From positions 1,991,270 to 2,055,269 of the forward strand of contig SMSO01000007.1 in assembly GCA_004764695.1 (NCBI GenBank): a stretch of DNA of 64,000 nt, read 5' to 3'. Source of the DNA: Schizochytrium sp. TIO01. Its lineage: Eukaryota > Protista > Bigyra: Labyrinthulomycetes. Under the pieces are notes generated by a model that was not told the origin of the DNA, ran no database searches, and saw nothing but the letters and a program-made list of their open reading frames with translations. Below, one piece after another: positions 1-14,705 of the stretch (position 1 is its first letter; each line of letters begins with the position of its first letter). Position numbers and translations under genes: made by a program.

Positions 1-1597
1 TTTGCTTGCTTGCTTGCTTGCTTGCTTTCTCTTATCGCATGATAACCTTCCTTCTCAAACTGCCGTTTGCTCCCGAATTGATGGAAGAGAGGGAAGGAAG
101 CAGAAGCAAACCAACCATCAATCAAACACACAATCAGTCACTCAGACAAACAACTAAATAAGCAAACAAACCATAGACTGCGCGATTTGTTTTGTCTTCT
201 TCATAAAACGTGTTTCTCCACTTTTCACTTATTATTATTTTTTTTATTTTTTTTTTCCAACTAAACTTCATTTACCTATTTTCAAAAAGAAAAAGAAGAA
301 AAGAAGAGAGTCACGAAACATACCATCAATCGAAATAGGCAGAAAGAGGGAAAGACTGAATTGAATAGCAGGGAAGAGCTTAAAGGATGTGGAAGGTCTC
401 CTGACCTGGAGGCGCCTAGACGGCCTAAGTCACCCCTATGCACTCAGTTGCAGGAAGCGTTTTTGAAGCTCGCTCCTCTTTCCGTGCCTCAATCTCCTCC
501 TCCTCCAAGTTCTTAGTTAGTTCTTCGTCCTTTGCCCGCCAAGAAAGTCCTTCCTCCAAGCTGTGGGTGGATGCCCTTCGCTATGTTACCAAAACAACCA
601 ACAAAAACAAACGAACAAACAAACAAACAAACAAACAAACAAAAGGGAAACAGCCTTTGTTGGTTGGTTTTGTTGAGAAGTTTTTATGATTATATTTTCT
701 TGTGACTTCAACATGATCCTCGGCCTGATAATAAGCAGCAAAAGCAGAGCGAGCAGCCAATCTTCGTGCTTGAGGCTGACTACCTCCCTGGCTAGTAGCT
801 AGCTAGGTACCCAAGTCCGCTCAGCACTACGCGTAAACAGCCTAACTTCGAGTTGCTCTTCCGCTTTTTGTCCCTCGTGGGTTGATTAATCGCGTAGCAA
901 GCACTTTTCTTATTCATTCACTCACTCATTCATTCATTCAAGCCATAAAATTGTTATGATTTCATTTTAGTAGGTACCGACCGCCACTTCTTCTCCTATC
1001 TACTGTTTGTTTATTTTTTTAAAATTAAATATAAACATAATTAATTAATTAATTAATTAAAAGAGAAGAAAGAAAGAGAGAAAGAAGGCTTTGTACTCTT
1101 CAAGTTAGTTTGTTGTTGTATGTTTCCAATGACGCCCCATTTGATGAAGAGGACTAACGAGAGAACTGCGAGGGTTCGAAGAGGCGCACGATGATGTGCA
1201 TTGATTCATTCATGCATCCATCCATTGATTCATTCCCCGACAAGCTTGATCAAGCTCGCCACTCATGATGAGCGAACGGGCAAACTCCTGCGACCGGCGT
1301 CTGGCCGGCCTCGCTCGGCCAGGTAGCAGAGCAAGTGCAGATCAATCAGCGAGAACCAACTCGAGTTAGTTCTTGTCGAAGTAGCCAGGTACGTGTTCCC
1401 AACGCTCGCTCGGGCGCTCCAGAACCCAGGCAAGAAGCCAAAGAAAGACGCCGCTTCGATCCAATACGCCAGCGATCGCGAGCTGTCGTGCACTGTCGTG
1501 AACTATCGTGAACTATCGTGGTGTCAAGCTGGCCAATCAAAGGCCAGCTCTGACCAGCACGTACTTAGGCTGCAAAATGTCTCAGTTCGTAGCTGCT

Positions 1598-1708
<111 letters not shown>

Positions 1709-2620
1709 CGGCGATCGATGAAACCGGAGCGACTCGAACCAATCTGCGGATGGATCTCCAGATCGAAGGTGGTCTTCTCCTCCGCCTCGGGTGCTCGCTC
1801 GCTCGCTCGCTCGCTCGCTTGCTTGTTTTCTCTCCGCAAAGACACAATCTCGCCAAATCTCGCGTATGCCGCCATTCTCCAGGGACCAGCGCTTGAGGTT
1901 CGTCCGTTCGTTCATTCATTCGTTCACTAAAGTTCGCGATCCTCTTCGACGGCGGCGATGATGACCTCCTGCATCACCTCAAGGACAGTCATCAGCCTCC
2001 TCGTCAGAAGAGCTGTCTGCATTTGCAGGGCTGCCTAGAGGAGTATCTCCCTCACCAGCTCAGGTGGTCGTCGCGATTGAGTCTGCAAGTCTGGGCACTG
2101 GAATTACACATCTTCGAGGTCCAGCAAACCTCAAACCGGTGAAGAGTTAGTACTTTGCTTGTTTGCTTGTTTGCAATTACATCGCTTGAGTCATCCGTAT
2201 CATTCCTGATGATGCGAGTTGTTGACTTTACCGGGTCGAGGCATTGATTTACTCTTCCGCTTCGAATAAAGGGAACGCCTTTCTGTAATCCTTGTACACA
2301 TTCAGGTTCATTCAGGAAACTTGGAAACTAGTTGCGCCAAATTGCAAACAGAAGTAAACAAACAAAGAAAACAAACCAAACAAAGAAAACAAACCAAACA
2401 AACCAAACAAACAAACCAAACAAACATCTTTCTATTTATTTTAAACTTTAAACAAGCAACAGATAAAACAAAAGAGGGAACCAGAGGTTCCTTATTTCCT
2501 TTCCCAAACAGTCTCCACCAAACGAAGGAGGAGTCTTGCTGTACGTGTACCTATGCGGCTCAAGCTCGACCCCTGGCGAGGGTCTGGCGCCGCACTTGCT
2601 CCATCGCTGGCCAGACATCC

Positions 2621-2621
<1 letters not shown>

Positions 2622-2656
<35 letters not shown>
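2622..2656. repeat. (CAG)n trinucleotide repeat, about 11 units, apparently non-coding
   Basis: Read directly; the surrounding ORFs are not protein-like. Confidence 0.9.
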
Positions 2657-2657
<1 letters not shown>

Positions 2658-3034
2658 CTCGACCTCCTCCGCCGCTCCGTCAGAGCTTGAGTTCCTGCTG
2701 TTCCTCTGCGGCGCTGTTCGTTAGAAAGGCCAAATTCCAGGCCTCGTTCTGCGCCCTTTCTTCCTCTTCCTGCTCCCTCTTCAGCCTGTATTATTTCTTC
2801 TTCTTCTTCTTCTTCTTCGTCTTCTTTTCCTATCGTTTGTCTGCTTTTCTCCTTTCTCTCTCTCTGTGTAGAACTCAGTAGCTGGCCGGTAGGGCCCTTC
2901 CTTGGTAGCAAGGGGGTAGTAGGTGTTAGTGGGTAGGCAAGTCGCTAGTCAGCGAGTAGAGTAGGGTTGGTTTCTTCATCACATCACTTGCAACTTTGCA
3001 GGCCAAAGCCCTGATCTTTGATTTGTTTGGCCGC

Positions 3035-3085
3035 CTGACTGACAGACTGACTGACTGACAGACTGACTGACAGACTGACTGACTG
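3035..3085. repeat. Compound (GACT/GACA)n microsatellite
   Basis: ctgactgacagactgactgactgacagactg... Confidence 0.92.
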
Positions 3086-3380
3086 CTCGCGTCTATGCAT
3101 GCACTGCTGTAGCAGCGCAGGCTGTTCGCAACGGACTGATGCGTCAGCAGTTGATGAATCCAAAGTTCTTCGATGTGTCGCCTCGGAAGCTGCGCTTTAC
3201 AAATTTTGTTCCCTCACTCATTGATATGTGTTTCGTATGTATCTATGAATGCTATGAAAGTATGTATGTATGTCTTGGATGATCCACTTTATTCGTTCAT
3301 TCATTCGTTTATTCATTCTGATTAGTTGATTGATTGTTTTCATTACTGTTTCATTCAATCATTCAATCATTCATTCTGAT

Positions 3381-3384
<4 letters not shown>

Positions 3385-3424
<40 letters not shown>
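3385..3424. repeat. (GATT)n microsatellite
   Basis: Read directly. Confidence 0.95.
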
Positions 3425-6400
3425 CACACAGAGGTACCTTCTCCTACTACAGTTTAGCTAGCTAGACTCCTACCTGAACATTATTTATTTAAACAAAAAG
3501 AATAAAGATCAAGAATTCAAACGAAAACGAAACGAGGGAAAAAGCACCACCAGAAGAAGAAGAACAACAACAACAAGAACAGCAGCCCCAGGAAGCGCCG
3601 AGTCTCGCTGTGATCTGGGTCCGCAGCTGCAACGGAACCTGCCTCAGCCCACGTCTGCACTGCTGCGTAGGTATCCATCCATCCTTTCGTCCATCCATCC
3701 ACGACTTTCTTCTTCTTCTTCTTCTTCTTCTGCTTCTGCTTCTGCTTCTTCTTCTGCTTCTTTCGTTCGAGAGGCGCACCTGAGGTGTTCCATGTGTTCT
3801 ATTATTCACTGGCTCGTGTTCTGTTCGGCTGGGTTTCTGGTCCCGCCAAGAGAGCTGAGCTTGGCCCTTTGATTCTCGGATGATCGTCGCTGGTGGTGCT
3901 GATGGGATTCATGCTGTGGCACCGCATCGTGCATGCATGGATGGATGCATGCAGGTATGTATAAAGGTGCGTCTTGTGTCTGCGGCGGCTTCGCAGGGTT
4001 TTCAGGGTGCTTCACTGATTCCTTGGATGGGTTCGGGTTTTTTGCGCGGAATTCGGTCTCAGGGAGCGCTCCTTTTAGATTAAATTCATTATTATTATCT
4101 CCTCACTGTTTCCCAAATGAGATAGATCTTTGTGGGTGAGCGATTATAATTATTATTTCATTTTATTTTAAAATAAATAAAAATAGAGTTAATTATGTGT
4201 ATAGATAGAAAAAAAAAAAGAAGTATATTCAATAGGTTACTTACAGGCTAATTTTCTTTCTTCCATTTTAAATATAAGAACTTAAATTTAAAAACTTCCA
4301 CCATTCTTAATTTTTAAAAAAAGAAGGAAAAGCTCAATAATAATTACAATAATTAAACTAATATCGTTTTAATTACTGTAGAAATTATTTTAAAAAATTT
4401 AAAAAAAAAAGCGTTTCCAAATTAAAGTTGAAAGTGCAAGAAAGGAAAGCGCCATCAAAGTCAATTATATAACACTATCATATGAATGAATACTCCACAG
4501 AAGGAGGTATTAGACAAAAGGCCTTTAAGAGAAATGAAACAGAACGACGAGAGCGCGGAGACCGACTCGAGGCACCAGGTAGGGAGGTACCTACCCGCAC
4601 GCAGGCAAAAGGAGGCGGAGCTGTGGCCAGCAAAAGCTTCGCTACAACTGCGCAGGAATGTACTCAGCAGCAGTCCCGAAGCGCTTATTCTCAGCCTCTT
4701 TCTGGTCTGACAGACTGTTGTGAATTCCTTTTGTTTGTTAAAAGGTTTTTTCTTTCTCTGTCCTCGACTGGTCGATCAGTCGATCGATCGATCGTTCGAT
4801 TGATCGATCGTGCAAACGTGGGAGTGAGCCGGGAACGAAATACTTGCTGATCGAACGTATGGCAGGTCTTCAGGAGAGACACCAGTGGCCTCGGAGCGAG
4901 GTGGTTTACGGCCCATCTCTGTCTAGACGGCGCCAGCTTACGCCGCGCTGACAAGGGCCCTTCCTTGGCATCGAAGAAGAAGAGTCAAAAAGGCCAAATC
5001 GAAGCTCCAGAGCAGTCCGCTAAGTAAACACCACCCTAGTTTGGGGCCCATTTGCGCAAGTCTTATGGAGGTTCGCACGACAGTGTGGGATGGCTGGAGC
5101 GCTGAAGCTCGTCGCTGCGGTATCGGGGCCGAACGAAAGCTGAGTGGTTTCCCCACAGCTATGCGTAAGAAGTGTCTCGCTGACTCCAACTAAGAGGGCG
5201 CTGGTCTTCCCGCACGAGTTTCTCTCAAAGTCGGAGCCTGGAGTGCTCAGGGACTGGGCGGGTTGTGTCCAATTGCCGGACCATCCTCACAGGTACACAC
5301 TAAGAATCTGGGCGGAGATCGCTCTTGCTGTGGGGAGGCGCTGCTTCTTTGTGGAAGCTGGCAGCTTCATCCGCAGGTCAGCTGTGGAGCCGGGAGTCCC
5401 GTGGCAAGGACTGTGCGCCGCCCACCGCCAGGTCTCGAATTTTCGGACGTCACCCCGGGACTCGGGTTGGCGCCCTCATGGCCACGCTGTGCAAATGTGA
5501 GCTCGTGCGGGTCTTGCCGCAGCTCACATCTTCAAACTGGCGGCACCGGCTTCGGGACGCTTTCCTCATCCTGGATTGCGAATAAATGAGTAAAAAACAA
5601 ACAAACAAAGGAACAAATTGATTAATATATAAATAAATAAATTAATAAATAATTAAATTTAATTAATTAATTAATTAATTAGTAAATGCCCACGAGCGTC
5701 GTCTCACGCGAAGGCCGTGGCGTTGAACGTAGTCCTCAAAATAGCTAGCTCGAGATGGCATCGAAAGTCCATGCTCCCGTTGACTTGCTGCTTGATCCTT
5801 CAAAAAGCTGCAGCGGAGATGGCCACTTTCCTTTTGAGAGAATAAAGAAAACAGCATCACGAGAACTTATCAGAATTACATTACGCTACTCACCCCAAAC
5901 ATAACAACGCAAAACCTTCGACGGCGCGCATGCTCAAAAGCAAAATCCTAGTTGCACTTAGGGACCGTTTTGTTTCAAGATGGCTCAGAGTCAAGGGATT
6001 AGAGACCAGCATGGATCATAATTCTGCAAAACTTGAGTATATCGTGCTCAAGCTGTACACGCAAGGTACTGCGTGGCCGCTTTGGGTCCCAGGAAAGAAG
6101 GATTCGAATTGGATGTCTGTTCTCCTTGGACAAGGAGCATGGATCGCGAGTTAGTGATCAATTTCAAGTGCAGGCATGCTCCACGCGTAGGCTGTTCCTC
6201 CAGATCTCTTTGCTTTGCTCCACGGCTTCCGTGTAATTGAGACGCATCAGAGCCTAAAGCTTTGGCAGGCCTCACTCATATTTGCGGTCAAGTGTGGACA
6301 CAGAAATAACCAAGTTGGCCATTCCTTCGACTTCGAGGAGGCGATCGATCGTCTGTCGGTATCTCTGAGTGTCTGTGTATATTCTATCTACCTGTATGTA

Positions 6401-8079
6401 TTTATGTATGTATTTCTCACAGTTTCCGCACAACTTGCTCAGGTTTCCAGGAGTTCTTGCCATCTGTGGTCTCGCCCTGCTTTGTTGGGCTCTCTTCGGT
6501 GCCTGCGGAGCTCCTTGCCTTGGTCTTCGAGCTCGCGAGGACCTTCACCAGCCACGTCTGGAAAGAAGGATGGGTTTCGGGAACACCTTGAATGCATGAA
6601 TTGCTCGCGCTCATGAGCGTCAAACTAAACCATCAAACGAGCAAAAACCAAGCAACAAAAGCAAGAATCAGAACAACAACAGTGCTTCGATGGGCCGACC
6701 ATCGACATCCGAATTGTGGATTCGCCAAACGCGCCTCCATTCCATAGACATCCTTCTTTCTTCTACCTCTCTGCAGAGGCGCGAGCCCCCACGGTGCCAA
6801 AGCTACGCCCCATGCCTGAAAGAGAGCTCCACAAACCTAGCTCGCTATTCAGGCGCCCTCCTTCGCGGCAATCTCAGCGTCTTCGCTTTCGGGCGCCTTG
6901 CGATGCCCCCAAAGCAGTACGAATTCATGCCCGCACATACTTTACACACACATTTCTCCACTTCGTTCGATGTCAACTTTCAGCTTTCAGTTCTTGGCCG
7001 CTAGAATCTCCAATTTGTAGAGAAGAGCAAAGAGAAAAGAGAGAAGCTGCGAATTATTCTCCAAAGTGAAACATAAAATAGATGGACGAATGAATAGGGA
7101 GCTTAAGCTGCTTGCTTGCTTGCTTGCTTGCTTGCGTGCTATCTAAGAGCGATTCGCAAGGAAATGGGCGCCTGATTTCGAGTTGGCATGACTGCAGGTA
7201 GAGAGAGAGAGAGCACTTCCTTGCGTTCGAACGAGTGCAAAGTGGTCGCGGGGCACGCTCAACTCAGCCCGTAAGCATTAACTGAGGCCGCTGTCAGTGC
7301 GAATGAGTGAGTGAGTGAGTGAGTGAGTGATCAAATGTTGAGAGATTTTATTTATTTTTTAATATTTTTTAAAGGTTTAAAGGTTTTAACTCGTTTCCTC
7401 TCGATAGGCAGTTAGTTAGTTAGTGAGAGCGAGTAAGGCCTCGTTTCAACCTGCAGGTGAGCAAACAGAAGAAACACGGTAGGCGGAGCAGGTGAGAGGC
7501 CGAAGAGACCACCCTTATTGATTGCTTCTGTAGTTGTATGAAATCTGTGAAGCCAAAACCAACCCAAACGTTGAACATATTCAAGACTTCGTCGAGATTC
7601 AAAGAAAAAAATATTAAAAAATAAATAAAATATATATTAAAATAAAAAGAATGATAATAATAGCACGAAAATAATGATGCTGAGATGACGATGATGAAGT
7701 AACTAACTATCAGATAGTGAAGAATGCGGCTCTTCGAACTTGAAGCGGAATGAGCAAACAGGATACGTAAGGGACCTTGGGCAAAAACGTGCAGCAGCAC
7801 CAGGCCCGCATCCGCTCAAAAGCCTTCTTCGCTCACCGCCACGGCCCGTTCCCCTTCGCGAAGACGTCCAGCCATGACCGACCCAAACGGCCATTTGCTG
7901 CATTCATTCACGCCGGCGGTGATCTCTTCAGACTCGTACGAGCGCCGAAAAGAAGAGCTTTCAAGTCTGCATCAATCAAAGGATCCTTCGCTCAGCGTCG
8001 TCGAGGGCAGGCTCGCTACCGACCAGTAGTCAACTGCTAGTGCGGCATGACGATCGATCGATACTTAAAAGGAAAAGAA

Positions 8080-8080
8080 A

Positions 8081-8135
<55 letters not shown>
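8080..8135. repeat. (AAAG)n microsatellite
   Basis: Read directly. Confidence 0.95.
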
Positions 8136-8136
<1 letters not shown>

Positions 8137-8245
8137 CCGCCGTCGCTCAATTGTGATAGGTACGTCGGTAGCTGGGACTAGGGTGTAGCTAAGGTAGGAG
8201 GTAGGTAGCCGCGGCAGTAGGAGTATTGGATGATTTGGCACATAG

Positions 8246-8350
8246 ATTGATTGATCGAACAATTGATTGAACAATTGATTGACAATTGATTGAACAATCG
8301 ATTGAACAATTGAACAATTGAAGATTTGAACAATTGAACAATTGAGCAAT
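8246..8350. repeat. Degenerate 8/12-bp minisatellite (GAACAATT / GAACAATTGATT)
   Basis: gaacaattgattgaacaattgattgacaattgattgaacaatcgattgaacaattgaacaattg... Confidence 0.88.
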
Positions 8351-11300
8351 GGATTGACTGATTGCAGTTTAGTTTCAACGAGAAGCAGTGAACGAAGCGA
8401 TGGCGGGAAACCGCGGGTGAAAGCCTGGGAATGCGACCAACCGAAATGATGTCGATGGCGATGAGAACATTCGCTGCGTTTGCGAGGTTTCTCCATGGTT
8501 CTCGATTTCGAAGAACTGAACCGCCGCTCAACTCAAGAATCGACGGAGCAGAGCGACATTGATGAATGAATGAATGAATTAATTAATTTCAAGATACCTC
8601 AAGAGATTTCAAATTCGCAATCACTTCGACTCGAGTTCTGCTGCTGTCTCTCGCGGAGCGCGCATGCTCGAAATGGGGCAGCTGGAGACGGGAGACGGGC
8701 GCTCGAGGAGGACCGGCGGCCCGCGCGAAACCTGGCACAGCAGGTGGCCGTTTTGGAATACCCGCCGGTCTGGGCTGCCAGGTTAGGGACATTTCAAAGG
8801 CTCCGTTCTCGCCACGCGTGGGAACTCCGCTGCGAGTTTTATGCCCGGGCGTGGACCGGCCATGGGCTCCGGAGTCCGTGCCGCGAGCAGAGCGCCTCGA
8901 GCGGGGCGTCGCTGCTGTGCTGACGCAGCGCAAGGCCTCCGAATGAGGAGTTCTAGTTTGAGTTTTCAAACGGATTTTCAAGATGACCTCCAGCCGCTTC
9001 TTGGGGTTTGACATGGAGATGCTTGGTTGTAGCTTATTTTGAGAAAGCCGAGAACCATCGTCTTGAACTGGATGCGCCAATTGCTTGCTTCGATGTCGAG
9101 TTTGGCAAAACAGTCTACTCCAACAGAATCGTGCGGACCTGGCAAGCCTCCAGCTTTCGCCCACACGTAGATAACGCCACTACAACTACGGGCCCAATAA
9201 CCAACTAACTTTCTTGCGATGGATGCCTCAAACCAAACCAAACCAAACCAAACCAAACCAGGCTCGTGAGGATGAACATTCGCACATTATTTGCACGAGT
9301 TCAATGGTTTCTGCCACGAAGCTTGAAGAAAGGTGGACAATACTTGAAGCGCCACACTACCAATTGTAGAAGGTACCTCACAGAACAGATCAAATCAAAA
9401 TTGGATTAGAGTAGACCAACTCAAGTTTACCCAACTCTAATAAAATAATCCGAGTTTACCCAGACATGAAACATCGAGGTACTACTCCGCAGAGACGCTT
9501 GGGAAAACGTGCTTTCATCCACTGGTTGGTTACGCAGAGATCGAAGGGCGTGTGTTTTAAAAGGCTTCCTCGACGGTTGTAAATTAATTTCGATCCATTG
9601 AGTCATCCACATTCTGAATAATCCACACTATAAATAAGAAAAGGCGGTAGGTAGACAGACAACTTGCGCAAGAGAGGCCCGGAGTTTTATTTTCACACGT
9701 CGTTTCCACGAAATTAGCTTCCGATGGAAATATTGGGAGGTGGCACCAACCGTACGCGAGCCCAAGGAAGTTCACCAGCTGCTTAAAACATTAAAACATT
9801 AAAACATCAAAATTAAAAAAAGACAGGAAAAGGTGGATCAAATCAAGAACCAAAAGTTCGCAACTCAACTTTGATGCGGCGAATGATGACCTTTTGTTCA
9901 TGCCCAGCCTGCCCGATCGGTATTTGTTTCAGACGTTCGACGATGCTTGCTCCACTGGCCGCGTCTCTCCTCATTCTGGCCACACGCATGTGTTTCTTTA
10001 AAAAATAAAATATAATTCTCACTCTTTAAAACAAAATTGCCTGGCTACGGTAGGCGGTATATCATCGCCGTTTCCCAAAACATCTTGAAGCTGCAAAGTC
10101 AACAGACAGCGGCACCTGCCTTGGAAGAATAGAGAGCTCTGCTTCAAAAATACTGAGGATTCAGCCATGCTTGGAACTTGAGGTCGATGAACCTGGCTCG
10201 ACAACTCGACAACTTGAGGTAGGTAGGCGACTAAGGCTAACTAGGGTACCTGATTTGCTCTCGTTTAGTTTACTTTCTTGAAAAGAGGTTTGTTTCTTGG
10301 GGGGTTGGAAATAAATAGCATTGTGTCAAACAAAGAAAGGCACCGTTGGAAGCAGAAACTTTTTAATTAATATAATAAAATGAGTGAAAAGGAATAAGAA
10401 GGGAAGGAAAACGAAAGAAAAGAAAAAAGCGCCCCTAAGATCGCCACGATGGAGGTCCAATATGGAGCGCCCTCCACGGGACTCGACTTCCATCTAATAT
10501 GCCTGGGTTTCTTGCGCTTCCTCGCAGGAATCCAATCAATCCTACAGAGTCCGTGGCTGCTCTGCACAGCAACTAGCTGGGAGTCAGTCGCCTACCCGGA
10601 GTTTATCAGCACCGGCGAAAAACGTTTCTGGGGTTTTACCTTCAGGTGATATTGCTTTCGACATTCAATTGCACGCGATACACGTTGACGTACTAGATGA
10701 TAGCAGGAAGGGATGGAGGAGGAAAGAGGGCTGCTTGGCACCAGGATATCTCTTTGATATAATCTGTCGTGAAGACTAACAGCTTAGCAAACAGAGCAAC
10801 TTCAAGACAATTTGGCCGTTATTTCGACATGGGAGGGGACAAATTTAGGCTCTGAGAACGACACATACATACAGCCGCTACATTTTGGGGTCCTGCATAC
10901 GAACTTGAGGCGGGGGAAATGCACGCACGGAGCAGCTTTTACATAGAGAAGAAAGACTTGCACGGAGATGACAAAGTCGAAGGAATGGCCCTGATTTTAT
11001 GTCTAAAATTTGCGATATATTGATGACGAAGACCGGCCGACCGAGACCAAGGAAGGATATTGGTTATTAATTGAAACTTTGAAATCTTAAACGACTAAGA
11101 ATCTGCGTGTCGTGGGATAACAAATGGAGAACAGAGCTAGCGAGTTTTACTTCTATTGGCCCTGAAGAGTCTACTGCAGAGAAGAGAGAAGATACCAAAT
11201 TATAATCTCCTAGTTTACTCCTCATTCTTTCCTTTGGCTGCAGGTGTGCAGATATTTGAAGGTTTTGTACAAATTTACAAAAGTAAAATCAATGCGGGAT

Positions 11301-13897
11301 GTAATAGTTTCGAGTACTTACAATACCAGCAAGGTCAACCACCATTTGCACCTTCGTTCGAGTGTTTAAAAATAACAATGATACCTTTACTTTCTCTCAT
11401 TTTCTCTGATTTAATTTTTATCAAAAAAGTGTCTTGAAAAATAAAATAAAAAGGACGTCAAGATAATCAAGTTGCGAAGTAAGTATGCTTCCAGTTATCA
11501 CTAGTCAACCATTTTTCATAATTGTGATACTTGGTTTTGCTGTTGTTTACTACCTCTCTTCGACTTGGAGTGGTATTCCAGCCACCACGCTTACGAGTGG
11601 ATTTGCAACGTCCATGCAGATAAATATAACAATCTCAAGCAACAATTAGCAAGCGCAGTCACACAATAGCATCATTTCTATCTAGCTTTCACAGATTGGG
11701 TTTTGTGAACGCACACAATCTATCACAAAGAAATAAGCTAGCGAGTAGCTACTCCACTTGATTCAGTGAAAACGGCACTACTCGATTCTCCAACCCTAAA
11801 TTAATCTCGCTTGGTTGGTGGTTGCAAATTGTCTGCTCCATCAAAAACCTTTAAGTACGCTTGCACCAAATGCAGCCTACCAGCAGTTGCTTGTTCCAGC
11901 ATTCTCCGCACGCTGAGACGACTTCTGTTTGCGAGACATATTTTTGTCCAAGGCTAGAGTACCTTGCGCCATTGTGTACTCGTCTTTTATCTGCTTCAGT
12001 GCAACGTTGCAAGCAAGCATTAGTAACCTCCTTTTGTTTTTTAGTTCAACAGAGGCATCTTATTTCCGGATGGCTCTCAACTGATGAAGAAACCCTCCAT
12101 TGTTCGGACAGGTCTTCTTCGCAAGTTCCCTAAACAAGAAGGTTCAGGCAAGGAATGCAAGGATCTTCAAGTTGTTTGCTGCCTCGACACGCCCTTTCGA
12201 CTCCAGGCTAATTTTCATATCATTTCTGCACTGGAAGCAAACAGGGAAACGCAGGTATGCGACTGACTTCTCATTGCTTGCTAGCTAGCACTGCCGCTCA
12301 GCGTGGTGTTCGTCGCACTCCACAAGTGTAGAGCCCGCCTTTAATCTCAGTAATGCTGACTGAGTGGTAAAATTGCTGTCGCAAAGACCTCGGATCTCCA
12401 GGTAGATCGTGCCACGGCCAGTTAAGCTGACGTCAATCGGGCGTACTCCAGCCTCGCACTTGCTGCTCTTGTCCCTTTCTGTGAGTTATGGGTACTACCG
12501 CTCGCAATTCTGTGACCTCCTCGCGGCTAGCTAGCTAGACATGAAGGTACTCGCGAGTAGCGAGCTTCCTAACACTACTACTTTGGTACGCCACCATCAT
12601 TATCGCTTTCGATTACAAACAAAAAGAGTCTGGCTAAAAGGAATAAAGGAAGGCTAATAAGTGGGTCCGTGAAAGAACAATTGGTGACAAATTACCCTCT
12701 GACGAAACAAAGTCCAGGCTCGCCTCAGCTCCGCAGAGGTCGCATCGGCCGAGCAAACACGGTGAATCAGCGTTGGCCGCTCGGTCGCTCGCAAAGATGG
12801 ACCCCGAGGCTACCTGAGCCAACGTTGACGAACCTTGCTTGCAGCACGCAAGACTCCTGTGCTCGAGTTGAGCGCCGAGCTCAGCTTTCATGGGCAAAAT
12901 ATCAGGACTCCTCTCTCCTCAAATCTATGCATCTACCCAGTCCGCGTGACTGATGAGTACGCCGGCACTGCTCAGGCACGCTGCACGAGAACAAAGTTAA
13001 AGGTGCTGGCGCGAGCGAGCTTTCTTTTGCTGCCTTCGTAGTCAGGTTCGGGTGGTTTGCTTTCTTCAGGCTCCGTGTCTTCGATGGTTCAAGGTCTCTG
13101 TTTCTTTATTAGCGACTTTGTTTGTTCTTCAAGGCAGGCACGGGCACACCGCCACGGGCACACCAGTACCTCACAGTATCGCTTTGTCTGAGCTGCAGGC
13201 ATAGGCGTACAGCCAGGGCAGTTGCACCAGGCTTTGGAGCAAGACCTGCTTTCAGACAGACAGACAGACAGACAGACTGACTGACTGACGCCGCATGGTT
13301 CCTGTGCTCGTGCAAGGTAGTACTTCTTCATGTCTCGAGCGTTCTTAGCTACAGCCCCTTTTCCCGTGTTCTTCCATCTGAATTGCCTTTCCAGACGGCT
13401 TCAGCCACTCAGAACTCTTTGCTCATTACAAGATCAATGGGTTTGTTTCGAGTTTGGTCAATCGTACCCATCTCTTTCCTAACCTTGATAGGTGTTGTCA
13501 TATCCACGTCAAGAAAAGGCGATGATTCGAGTTCGTTGACCTCAATTTCATTGGCACACACTTTGTATCAGATGGTCTCGAATTCTGTCTTGGTGAGTAC
13601 CAGGGTTCGTAGCGGTTGTTGCTAGCAGTATGTCGTTAGTCAACCTTGAGTTTTGAGTCCTTAGTGCGTGGCTGCAGTAAGACTAACTGAGCCTCGGCTA
13701 GTAGTACGAAAGGGGATAGGCTCCGTGTGTCCACAGGGCCTGAGATATGTGGCATATCCCATAGATCGATCAAATGGCTTTCGAGGGTCAAGCGCGTTCA
13801 CCCAGGCATTCTCTTAGCCAGCACGAGGCCACTAGAGCGAGCTGCAAGGCCCAGGCAAGCAAGCGGCGCTAGCTGTGAAGGCTGATTGACTGATTGA

Positions 13898-13944
13898 TTT
13901 GTTTGTTTGTTTGTTTGTTTGTTTGTTTGTTTGTTTGTTTGTTT
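13898..13944. repeat. (TTTG)n microsatellite
   Basis: Read directly. Confidence 0.95.
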
Positions 13945-14705
13945 ATTTTGGTTGTAAACTTTACGCTGTGAGCGGTGCGGCTTGAAAACGCTCAATCAGG
14001 ATTTATCGAAAAGACCCCAATAAATGTCATGACACCAACTTGAAGACAAAGGGTAGTATGTTTCAAGAGTAACCGCCGAGTTGCGTATCCAGGCTGATCA
14101 ACATGATGACTACGCAAGAGTATCCTATGAATGACTTCGTCTTGCTACAATTTGTTTGTTGCAGTATTTGCCTGCCTCATCGTTCACTTTCAATGCTCAA
14201 GGTCCCCTTTGTTATCATCCTGGAGTATGGACGGTGTATATGTATTATTCAGCGCCTTTTCGTGAGCATACAGTCAGCAAGACAAACGCTCTCTCTCTCT
14301 CTCGCGCGCGCGAACCTCAATGAGGGGAACATTACTCACATGGGTGAACAGCTATGCTGTTTCAACAAGTGGAATTTATTTCAGCATCAAGTGCGTAGAT
14401 TTTGTGAGCCATCGTGCCAGCGTGAATGGGCCTGAGACAAGACCATTTCATTTGCCATCTGGGGGATCATGAAGGAGACATGGTTTCGATCCACTTTTTT
14501 TGAGATTTTGGCATATATTTCTAGGCAAGTAGAAAGTAACAGACTTTTGTAGCCTGGTCTCGTTACGTCCTCAATTTAGATCGCTTTGACGTACTTTGCT
14601 TAGGTATGTAAGCAAGAAGGTAAAACTGTGCAGGGTAGCAGGCAGGCGCGCTGGTATAAGAATTTTATGACATGCAAAGTTGTACGTATGGCCGATTCCG
14701 TCTGC

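Noticed and set aside
12060-12215. Minus-strand peptide KKTCPNNGGFLHQL resembling the dual-specificity phosphatase PNxGFxxQL motif
   Set aside because: The spacing is off by one, there is no HCxxGxxR upstream, and stops flank it; probably chance.
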